Assembly: GCA_965552135.1 (NCBI GenBank)
Contig: CBEVQY010000024.1
Location: forward strand, 1-46,836
Direction of reading: 5' to 3'
Origin: an uncultured bacterium
GTDB lineage: Bacteria > UBP14 > UBA6098 > B30-G16
DNA length: 46,836 nucleotides
Shown here: positions 9,259-17,124 of the stretch, piece by piece
Position numbering within the stretch: the first letter of the stretch is position 1
How the letters are laid out: each line of letters starts with the position of its first letter
Made by a program: the position numbers and the translations under genes
The notes under the pieces: model-generated
Database searches by the model: none
Told to the model about the DNA's origin: nothing
What the model saw: only the letters and a program-made list of their open reading frames with translations

Positions 9259-11086
9259 TCTCGAGAGGCTCCGCGAAAGCCTTGTCGCCCAGCGCGACGA
9301 AAAAACGCCGCTTATGATAATCTCCAACGGCACGTGCGGGCGCGCAAAGGGCTCACACAAAGTCGTGGAAAAAGCTTTAGATATTATCGAAAAGCGCGGG
9401 CTTGAAGGGAAGATCAAATGCCGCGCGACCGGCTGTATAGGTTTCTGTGAGGTTGAACCCAACATCGTCGTACAGCCACAGGGAATCTTCTACGTGCGCG
9501 TCACCCCCGAGGACGTGGAGCGAATTATCGACGAAACGCTCCTTGAGGGAAAGATCATAGACGAACTTATTTACACCGATCCCCAAACGGGCGAGAAAAT
9601 CCCATATTATAAAGATATACCTTTTTATCGCGCCCAGATGCCACTTATCCTTGGGAATAACCTCCTCGTCGACCCTGAATCGATAGAGGACTACATCGCC
9701 ATAGGCGGGTATGCCGCTTTGGCGAAGGTTCTTTCCTCCATGTCGCCGGAGGAGGTCATCGAGGAGATAAAGCGCTCTGGTCTTCGCGGCAGGGGCGGCG
9801 GCGGATTTCCCACGGGCAGGAAGTGGGAATCGTGCCGCAGAGCGAAGGGAGATATAAAATACGTCATCTGCAACGCCGACGAGGGCGACCCCGGCGCATA
9901 TATGGACCGCTCCGTCCTCGAGGGGAATCCCCACTCCGTGCTGGAGGGCATGATAATCGGCGCATACGCCATAGGAACAAGCGAAGGATATATATATGTT
10001 CGCGAGGAGTACCCTCTGGCGCGCAAACACTTCGGCAAAGCGCTTGAGAGCGCAAGGGAATACGGCTTTCTGGGCGAAAATATATTGGGAACGGGCTTTT
10101 CGTTCGACGTCAGGATAAGCGTTGGCGGTGGAGCCTTCGTTTGCGGCGAGTCGACTGCGCTTATGGCGTCCATCGAGGGGAAGCCCGGTGAACCGCGTCC
10201 AAAACATATACACACCGTCGAGCGCGGGCTGTGGAACAAACCGACAACGCTCAACAACGTCGAGACCTGGGCAAACGTCCCCTTAATTATAAACCGCGGC
10301 GCCGAATGGTACGCTCAGATCGGCACCGAGGGAAGCAAGGGGACCAAAATCTTCTCCCTCGTTGGCAAAGTCAAAAACACCGGGCTTGTCGAGGTCCCGA
10401 TGGGAACAACGCTCCGAGAGATAATATTCGATATAGGCGGCGGCATAAGAGGCGACAAAAAGTTCAAAGCCGTTCAAACGGGAGGACCCTCCGGCGGACT
10501 TATACCGGAAAAATTCCTCGATACACCCGTCGACTTCGACGAGCTCACGAAGCTCGGCTCCATGATGGGCTCGGGCGGAATGATAGTCCTCGACGAGGAT
10601 AACTGCGTCGTAGATGTGGCGAAATATTTTATAAATTTCCTTAAAGACGAATCGTGCGGAAAGTGTTTTCCCTGCAGAGAGGGACTTGTGCAACTATCAC
10701 ACATCCTCGAGAGGATAACCGCGGGCGAGGGCGAGGAAGAGGACCTCGAGAAGCTCGAGGATCTGTGCTGGCTTATGAAGAATACATGCCTCTGCGAGCT
10801 GGGCAAATCCGCGCCCAACCCGCTTCTGACCGCAATGAAGTATTTCCCCGACGAGTTCGAGGCTCATATAAAGGACAAAAGATGTCCATCCGGCGTCTGC
10901 AGGGCACTCATAACGATTGTGATCGATCCCGAGCTCTGTACGGGCTGCACGCTCTGCGCACGAAAATGCCCCGCCGGAGCGATATCGGGCGAGCCCGGAA
11001 AACCACACGAAATCGACCAAGAAAAGTGCACAAAGTGCAAGCTATGCGTAGGCGTGTGTAAGGTGGGGGCGGTGAGGGTTGAGTAG
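9233..11086 (+). CDS. nuoF: NuoF/HydB-like FMN/NADH-binding subunit, long form with N-terminal thioredoxin-like and C-terminal 2[4Fe-4S] domains
   Basis: GLRGRGGGGFPTG, NADEGDPGAYMDR, GAFVCGESTAL, GGPSGG, ESCGKCFPCREG and two C-terminal CxxCxxCxxxC motifs. Overlaps the upstream gene by 26 bp. Confidence 0.93.
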   Translation: MPKLKDIRDLERLRESLVAQRDEKTPLMIISNGTCGRAKGSHKVVEKALDIIEKRGLEGKIKCRATGCIGFCEVEPNIVVQPQGIFYVRVTPEDVERIIDETLLEGKIIDELIYTDPQTGEKIPYYKDIPFYRAQMPLILGNNLLVDPESIEDYIAIGGYAALAKVLSSMSPEEVIEEIKRSGLRGRGGGGFPTGRKWESCRRAKGDIKYVICNADEGDPGAYMDRSVLEGNPHSVLEGMIIGAYAIGTSEGYIYVREEYPLARKHFGKALESAREYGFLGENILGTGFSFDVRISVGGGAFVCGESTALMASIEGKPGEPRPKHIHTVERGLWNKPTTLNNVETWANVPLIINRGAEWYAQIGTEGSKGTKIFSLVGKVKNTGLVEVPMGTTLREIIFDIGGGIRGDKKFKAVQTGGPSGGLIPEKFLDTPVDFDELTKLGSMMGSGGMIVLDEDNCVVDVAKYFINFLKDESCGKCFPCREGLVQLSHILERITAGEGEEEDLEKLEDLCWLMKNTCLCELGKSAPNPLLTAMKYFPDEFEAHIKDKRCPSGVCRALITIVIDPELCTGCTLCARKCPAGAISGEPGKPHEIDQEKCTKCKLCVGVCKVGAVRVE

Positions 11087-11218
11087 CAAGTAGTACAACC
11101 TTAACAAAAAATAAATTGGTTCCGCCCGTTTCAAAAAACTCACAACGTATTTGTGTTTTTTGTGATGAGCGTTTGCGCCTGTAGCTCCAGTGCGAACGAC
11201 CGTTTTTTCACTTTTCGC

Positions 11219-11246
11219 TTGACAAAAAGGGTTACATTCGTATTTT
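11219..11246 (+). promoter_or_regulatory. Putative promoter TTGACA-N16-TATTTT for the C1 peptidase
   Basis: Perfect -35 box about 200 bp upstream of the AGGAGG RBS and ATG 11423. Confidence 0.4.
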
Positions 11247-11422
11247 TCAAAATGGAGATTTGTTCTTTCGGGGAATTGATAAGGAACATTCCGCACAATT
11301 CCTTCTTCAGTCGGTAAGAGCGAATTCTATTTGGGGCAGTCGCGTGTCCAAAAAAGAAAATTTGGCATTGCAATTACCCGAATACACAAGAATCAGAAAA
11401 AATAGATACAAGGAGGTTTAAA

Positions 11423-14095
11423 ATGCCTGGCATTTTAATACTTCTTATATGCACATTTTCCAATGTTATAAGTAGCGAAATAATAATAAATGGTAATGAC
11501 ACCATATACATAAGAACGAGGGAAGACGAAATAGATATTGATGAAATTAACAGAAAAATTCGTCGGAATGGATTTAAATGGATTGCTGCGCCAAACCGTT
11601 TTACATTTATGACAAAAGATGAAAGAGAACAATATCTTGGTTATTTGCCTAGTGAGTTTATTCCTTCAAAAAATACCGGTAAGGTAAGAGTTTTTCGCGC
11701 GGAAGATGCACTCCCAGCCACCGACCTGCCAGAACATCTTGAGTGGAGGAATAAAGATGGTTATGACTGGACAACCCCCGTGAGAGACCAAGATGGATGC
11801 GGTTCCTGTTGGGCGTTTGCCGTAGTAGCACCAATTGAGGCAAGTATAAACATTATGCTTGGTGAACCGAACTATGATGTTGACCTTTCGGAAGAATTTT
11901 TGGTTCATGATTGTTTTCCACTGTATGACTGTGGAGGTGGTACCTTCTACTCTACTTATTCCTTTTTGACAGAAAATAGAATTTGCACCGAATTTTGTTA
12001 TCCATATACCGCAACAAATGGTCCTTGCGAACCCTGCATCAATTGGGAAGATAATAGTTTTCAACTCGATTCATTTGAATACTACAATGGTATGGACGAT
12101 ACGCCGATAGAACGCCGGAATGCGATAATGACTATGCTTCAAGATGGCCCTGTTTCTGTTCGTTTTACTGTGCTCAGCGATTTTTATACATATTCAGGTG
12201 GAATATATAATTCAACAGAAACCCCCCCATATCCGAATCACGGTGTGACAATAATAGGCTACGACCAATCGGATGAATATTGGATTTGTAAAAACTCATG
12301 GGGAGATTCTTGGGGAATGGATGGGTATTTTCTAATACGTATGGGCATTCTCCATATAGATGAGGTTGCATACCGCCCAATTTTTGCAAATACAATGTCA
12401 TTTGTAAATATAAAGAATTTAAAACCAATAGATAATGGACATATTCCAGAATTATTGCCTCGTTTGGAATGGGCGTTCTTATCAAATGATTCGTTTTCAA
12501 ATATTCATTTTGAAATCCAAATAGATACCAATTATTATTTTAATTCTCCAATTACTATCAGCAGCTATACATCTTCTACTGGATTCAGCCCAACAATGCC
12601 TATTTCGACTGATTCGGGTCTTATTAACTATCAGGTAGGCAGTCAGGGCGAAAGTCTTCTAGACAACACTACGTACTGGTGGCGAGTTAGAGCATATGAT
12701 GGTTCTAGCTATTCTCACTGGTCTTATCCTTCATCATTTACTACGAACACATCCTTATCTAATTATGGCTGGTTTCAAACAACTACTAAACAATTCGAAA
12801 GATGCAATTATAACAGGTTAAATTTAAGAAATGACGAAGTGAAACATGTATATCAAGGCATTGTTTTTGAGAGTAACTTCGAATACAGTGACACCATAAG
12901 TTTTTTTGACCATTGGTGCATTTATGAAGGTGAGGATTCATCTGGTTATTACTCTGATTCACTGTGTAAAGCGGAATGGCAAACTGATATGTCCCACAGT
13001 CCAAACCATGGTCTTTTCATACTCGATGAATCGAATACACACAACGCCTATGCTTATTCAAATAATTTTGATACCATAAAAGTAGGATGTGTGACTTCTT
13101 GGTTTTACTTCGATTCTATCGGCATTAGAATGAATATATTCACACTGCACTCGAACATGAATATCGATGATGTTGATAATTCATCCGTATTCCAATTTGG
13201 AATTGATAGTGCGTTAACATATTGGAAATTTCGATTGCGGGTAAAATATCCAAGTACAGGAAGCTCACGCACGGATTTATTTGGGAATCCAGCTGCCTTT
13301 ATGGGAGAATGGCATAAATATTCTATATGTTTTGATACTGATAGTTTTATGTTAAAACTCTTCATTGATGACACTGTTCGATATAGCCATGAATATGCTG
13401 ACATGTTCCCATCAGGTATCGCGTTATCGATAGGTTCAAATGTTACAAATGCTTCAAACAAAAAAGGAACTGGATATTACGATGATGTATCAGTATCAGG
13501 AATAAGTGATTCAATAGAGATTTTAGAGAGCCCAATAATCACTCCTGACACAACAGGTTTTACCTGGTATAGACTATTCTGGCACCAGAATGTCGGCGAT
13601 AACATAGCAATTGAAGTTCAATATAAAACGGGTGGCATCTGGAATACTTACGCTATTTATACAACATCATCATCAACGGGAGAATATGATATTTCTGGAT
13701 TGGGCAGTGTTGACACAATTAAATTGATTGCTCATTTTAATGCCGCAGCCTCAGAAAGCGTAGTTCTATATGATTGGGGTGTTAATTGGTCTGGTGGTGA
13801 AATTAGCATTGATGATAAAGAAATACTTCCCAGTTTCGCAAAATTAAACATCTCTCCAACCTTATTCAATTCATCTTGTGCGATAGAAGTTGAAATACCA
13901 AATAAATGTGATGTTCTAATTAAAGCATATGATATACTTGGCAGAGAAGTAAAAAATGTTTTAAACAAAAAAAATGTAAAAGCAGGAAAATACAGAATCA
14001 TATGGAATGCAGACAATTTGGCCTCCGGCATCTACTTCATCCGCCTGAAAGCTGGCGAGCAAACCATCACCAAGCGCGCTGTTCTGATAAGATAG
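11423..14095 (+). CDS. Secreted papain-family (C1A) cysteine peptidase with FN3/lectin-like domains and T9SS-like C-terminal tail
   Basis: AGGAGG RBS; signal peptide; catalytic motifs RDQDGCGSCWAF, PNHGVTIIGY and WICKNSWG; tail YDILGREV...LASGIYFIRL...KRAVLIR. Confidence 0.92.
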   Translation: MPGILILLICTFSNVISSEIIINGNDTIYIRTREDEIDIDEINRKIRRNGFKWIAAPNRFTFMTKDEREQYLGYLPSEFIPSKNTGKVRVFRAEDALPATDLPEHLEWRNKDGYDWTTPVRDQDGCGSCWAFAVVAPIEASINIMLGEPNYDVDLSEEFLVHDCFPLYDCGGGTFYSTYSFLTENRICTEFCYPYTATNGPCEPCINWEDNSFQLDSFEYYNGMDDTPIERRNAIMTMLQDGPVSVRFTVLSDFYTYSGGIYNSTETPPYPNHGVTIIGYDQSDEYWICKNSWGDSWGMDGYFLIRMGILHIDEVAYRPIFANTMSFVNIKNLKPIDNGHIPELLPRLEWAFLSNDSFSNIHFEIQIDTNYYFNSPITISSYTSSTGFSPTMPISTDSGLINYQVGSQGESLLDNTTYWWRVRAYDGSSYSHWSYPSSFTTNTSLSNYGWFQTTTKQFERCNYNRLNLRNDEVKHVYQGIVFESNFEYSDTISFFDHWCIYEGEDSSGYYSDSLCKAEWQTDMSHSPNHGLFILDESNTHNAYAYSNNFDTIKVGCVTSWFYFDSIGIRMNIFTLHSNMNIDDVDNSSVFQFGIDSALTYWKFRLRVKYPSTGSSRTDLFGNPAAFMGEWHKYSICFDTDSFMLKLFIDDTVRYSHEYADMFPSGIALSIGSNVTNASNKKGTGYYDDVSVSGISDSIEILESPIITPDTTGFTWYRLFWHQNVGDNIAIEVQYKTGGIWNTYAIYTTSSSTGEYDISGLGSVDTIKLIAHFNAAASESVVLYDWGVNWSGGEISIDDKEILPSFAKLNISPTLFNSSCAIEVEIPNKCDVLIKAYDILGREVKNVLNKKNVKAGKYRIIWNADNLASGIYFIRLKAGEQTITKRAVLIR

Positions 14096-14140
14096 GACGG
14101 GATGGAACGATAAATTTTCCCTTTTTCGCAAATGCAGTCT

Positions 14141-14172
14141 AAGTTTCTGAGCGCACAAGCGCTCAGAAATTT
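14141..14172. terminator. Strong hairpin (TTTCTGAGCGC-ACAA-GCGCTCAGAAA), probable terminator between the convergent C1 peptidase and DUF5131 remnant
   Basis: 11-bp perfect inverted repeat with a 4-nt loop and A/T-rich flanks, about 45 bp after the peptidase stop. Confidence 0.6.
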
Positions 14173-14246
14173 ATCGATTCGTGTTTTTGGAGAGAGGGGA
14201 AATTTTTCAAAAAGTCTCTAAACCAGCTTTCCCCCTCGTATCTGCT

Positions 14247-14510
14247 TCATTTGGGCGGGTATTTGTAATATTTTTCTCCAATTGAGTAATTTTCCTCTTG
14301 TCGGGTCCCGTTCCGCCCCACTGCTTGAGGAATAACAGCACCTTTGCCTTCTTGCACTGTGAGAGCACATCGTAGATTCACTGTTCCTTCATCTTGCGCG
14401 CTTTCGGTCCTGACTCGCGCTGACGATGACCCGGCTAATGCCTGCAAAGGGATTTCTGACATCGGTTCCAGCGATGGCTCGAATGAAGTGAGCTTCAACA
14501 TATTCAGGTT
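14247..14510 (-). pseudogene. Decayed 3' fragment of a DUF5131 (phage Gp37/Gp68 family) gene
   Basis: Pieces in different minus-strand frames join into the family's C-terminus: SFEPSLEP / GISRVIVS / ESGPKARKMKEQ*IYDVLSQCKKAKVLLFLKQWGG / RGKLLN-GEKYYKYP. The TGA at 14378-14380 replaces the conserved Trp. Confidence 0.75.
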
Positions 14511-14589
14511 GGGTGTAAGGAGATTTTTTTCTCTACGCCTAATAAAAAAACTTGCTTTCCGCTGCCGTTGGGTGTAATAGTATTAAGCC

Positions 14590-16371
14590 ATGGACAAGCT
14601 CATCATCGACGGCATAGAAGTTGAGCCTGATCCCTCGAGGACGGTCCTCGAGGTCGCGACGGAGCTCGGGATAGAGATCCCGACGCTGTGCTACTACAAG
14701 CCGCTCGGCCCTTACGGCGCCTGCAGGCTCTGCGTCGTGGAGACCATATGGAAGGGCAGATCCCGCCTCCAGACGGCGTGTACCTTTCCCGCGTGGGAGG
14801 GCGAGGTGCGCACAAAGTCCGAGCCCGTGATCAGAGCAAGGAGGCTGCTTCTGGAGCTCTATCTCGCCGCCGCGCCGGAGTCGGAGGTAATACGGGAGCT
14901 CGCCAAAGAGTACGGCGTCACGAAGACGCGGTTCAAACACATAGTCCCCGAGGCTGCCGCGGCCAACGCAGCCGTTGACCTTGCGAAGTGCATAGGCTGC
15001 GGGCTGTGCGTGCGCGTGTGCAACGAGCTTATGGGCATAGGCGCCATAGGGTTCGTCGGCAGAGGCGAAAGGCGCGTTGTGGGAACGCCCTTCGGCGAAA
15101 GAAGCCAGGTCTGTGTCGCGTGCGGCGCGTGCCAGGAAGTGTGCCCCACCGAAGCGATAAACTTCGAAGAGAACACCGACATAAAGCCCCTGCCGCTTCT
15201 TTCGGAGTTCAACATGGGGCTTGCGCGGCGCCCGTCGATATACATACCCTTCCCCCAGGCGGTGCCCAAAGTCCCCGTCATCGACGAGAGAAGCTGCATG
15301 CACTTCTTCAACGGCAACTGCGGGGCGTGCGAAGCCTTCTGCGGACCTAAGGCGATCGACTACGAGCAGGAGGACAGAACCGTAGAGCTCAACGTGGGCG
15401 CGATAATCGTCGCCACCGGCTACGATCAGTTCGATCCGCGCAAAAAGCCCGAGCTCGGATACGAAGACTACGAAAACGTCATAACCGGCCTCGAGTTCGA
15501 GCGCCTCGTCTCGCCATCCGGACCCACAGGCGGAGAGATAGAGATCTCGGGCAAGAAACCCAAAAAGATAGTTCTCGTCCACTGCGTCGGCTCGAGGGAT
15601 AAATCGGTGGGGAACGAATACTGCTCGCGCGTTTGCTGCATGTACCTTATGAAGCACGCCCATCTCATCAAGGAGCACATCCCCGATGCCCAGATCGTTT
15701 CGTTCTACATGGACATTCGCGCCTTCGGGAAGGGGTACGAGGAGTTTTACGATCGCGTTAAGCACGAGGGTGTGATCTTCAGGCGGGGCAGCGTTTCGGA
15801 GATATTCCGCCGCGGCGACAAGCTCGTCGTCAAAGCCGAGGACACGCTTTTGGGCGAACCCGTCGAGGAGGAGGCTGATCTTGTGATCCTGGGCACCGGC
15901 ATGGTCCCCCGCCCCGAGACGCTCGAGCTCGCCAAGAAGCTAAAGCTTTCCCTCTCGCAGGATGGATTTTTGCTCGAGGCGCACCCGAAGCTGCGCCCCG
16001 TCGATACGTTCAGCGACGGGATCTTCCTTGCCGGCTGCTGCCAGGGTCCCAAGGACATTCCCGACACGGTCTCGCAGGCGAAGGCTGCGGCATCGGCGGC
16101 TATAGCGATAATCTCGAAGGACCGCCTTGTGGTCGCGCCGCTTGTGGCGGTGATCAACCCGGACCTGTGCGCCGCGTGCCGAACGTGCGAAAAGGTGTGC
16201 ACATACGACGCTCCCTACTTCGACGAGGAGCGCGGCGTGATGACGGTGAACACCGTCCTGTGCAAAGGCTGTGGCAACTGCGTCGCCGCATGCCCATCCT
16301 CGGCTATCAAGCTCAACTCATTCACCGACGACCAGCTAATCGCCCAACTCCAGGCGCTTTTGACCGAATGA
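14590..16371 (+). CDS. Fusion of a NuoG/HydA-like N-terminal Fe-S module and the HdrA C-terminal half
   Basis: IPTLCY..GACRLCVVE..TAC [2Fe-2S] plus two CxxCxxCxxxC motifs. Then HdrA sequence EFNMGLARRPSIYIPFPQAVP, VGAIIVATGY, LEFERL, CVGSRD, YCSRVCCMY, FYMDIRAFGKGYEEFY, HPKLRPVD, GCCQGPKDIP and the terminal 2[4Fe-4S] domain. Confidence 0.92.
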   Translation: MDKLIIDGIEVEPDPSRTVLEVATELGIEIPTLCYYKPLGPYGACRLCVVETIWKGRSRLQTACTFPAWEGEVRTKSEPVIRARRLLLELYLAAAPESEVIRELAKEYGVTKTRFKHIVPEAAAANAAVDLAKCIGCGLCVRVCNELMGIGAIGFVGRGERRVVGTPFGERSQVCVACGACQEVCPTEAINFEENTDIKPLPLLSEFNMGLARRPSIYIPFPQAVPKVPVIDERSCMHFFNGNCGACEAFCGPKAIDYEQEDRTVELNVGAIIVATGYDQFDPRKKPELGYEDYENVITGLEFERLVSPSGPTGGEIEISGKKPKKIVLVHCVGSRDKSVGNEYCSRVCCMYLMKHAHLIKEHIPDAQIVSFYMDIRAFGKGYEEFYDRVKHEGVIFRRGSVSEIFRRGDKLVVKAEDTLLGEPVEEEADLVILGTGMVPRPETLELAKKLKLSLSQDGFLLEAHPKLRPVDTFSDGIFLAGCCQGPKDIPDTVSQAKAAASAAIAIISKDRLVVAPLVAVINPDLCAACRTCEKVCTYDAPYFDEERGVMTVNTVLCKGCGNCVAACPSSAIKLNSFTDDQLIAQLQALLTE

Positions 16372-16390
16372 ACCCATAGGCGCTTTTCCC

Positions 16391-16419
16391 TTGCAGCCTC
16401 GGGCAAAGCCCGTTAACTT
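16391..16419 (+). promoter_or_regulatory. Putative promoter TTGCAG-N17-TAACTT for the exbB/tolQ-deoB unit
   Basis: Canonical spacing; 14 nt upstream of ATG 16434. Confidence 0.45.
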
Positions 16420-16433
16420 CACAAAAAGCCGCG

Positions 16434-17102
16434 ATGAAGAACTTCGTCGACATGTTCGTCCAGTGCAGCCTGCTTTCGAAGGGGATAATACTGCTTCTGG
16501 TGCTCATGTCCGCCTACAGCTGGGCGATAATGTACTTCAAGTGGCGCAGGCTGAGGCGGCTTGCGAGGCAGAACAGGAAGCTTCGGTCGATAATAGAGAA
16601 CCGCCGTCTACACGACGTTTTGAACCTTTCCCTCTCCCCTTCCGACAACGCGCTTGTCAGGCTGCTTGAGGCTGTGAAGCGCGAGGCGCCCCTGGAGCAC
16701 GTGAGGGACTCGCGCGGCGTTCTGGTGACGCGTCGCGCACTGCCCGACGCCTCGATCCTGCGCGACAGACTCGACGCCGAGATAGAGGTGATCCTCGCCG
16801 AGGAGGAATCGCGGCTCGATTTTCTGGCAACCACCGCAGCCGTAGCGCCGTTTCTGGGACTCCTCGGAACCGTCCTCGGAATTACCCAAAGCTTTTGGGA
16901 GATAGGCAAGCAGAGCACGGCGAACATAGCCGTAGTGGCGCCCGGGCTTGCAGAGGCGCTCATAACGACGATTGTTGGGCTTATGGTCGCCATTCCCGCC
17001 GCGCTCGGATACAACTGGCTCAGGTCGAAGCTGCGCGACCTGGCAACCGAACTCGAGCACTTCTCCAGACATATACTCGTCAGGCTCGCGAAGGAGAGGT
17101 AA
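16434..17102 (+). CDS. MotA/TolQ/ExbB proton-channel family protein
   Basis: LATTAAVAPFLGLLGTVLGI and VAPGLAEALITTIVGLMVAIPA transmembrane motifs. Confidence 0.93.
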   Translation: MKNFVDMFVQCSLLSKGIILLLVLMSAYSWAIMYFKWRRLRRLARQNRKLRSIIENRRLHDVLNLSLSPSDNALVRLLEAVKREAPLEHVRDSRGVLVTRRALPDASILRDRLDAEIEVILAEEESRLDFLATTAAVAPFLGLLGTVLGITQSFWEIGKQSTANIAVVAPGLAEALITTIVGLMVAIPAALGYNWLRSKLRDLATELEHFSRHILVRLAKER

Positions 17103-17124
17103 AACAAAAACGGGGAGGTTTTCC

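Larger units (their letters stand above)
11087..14540. mobile_element. AT-rich, probably horizontally acquired island (no integrase or transposase visible; boundaries approximate)
   Basis: Abrupt shift to A/T-rich sequence right after the nuoF stop, returning to host-like GC near 14590. Contains a protease gene and a decayed mobile-element-associated gene. Confidence 0.6.

Noticed and set aside
9233..11086. Respiratory complex I operon or [FeFe]-hydrogenase
   Set aside because: No membrane Nuo subunits are present, and the third gene has no H-cluster or molybdopterin domain.
11130..11165. Imperfect palindrome AAAAAACTCACAA...TTGTGTTTTTT as an attC or IS end
   Set aside because: It is short, AT-rich and imperfect, with no matching partner at the other island end and no integrase. 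It might be a weak terminator or operator but cannot be supported.
14247..14577. 84-aa (-) and 77-aa (+) small ORFs as real genes
   Set aside because: They are better explained as frames crossing the frameshifted DUF5131 remnant.
7960..16371. Selenocysteine in the HdrA halves, or an intein explaining the split
   Set aside because: The redox positions are ordinary Cys codons with no in-frame TGA. The junction sequences are NuoE and NuoG domains with no intein splice motifs.
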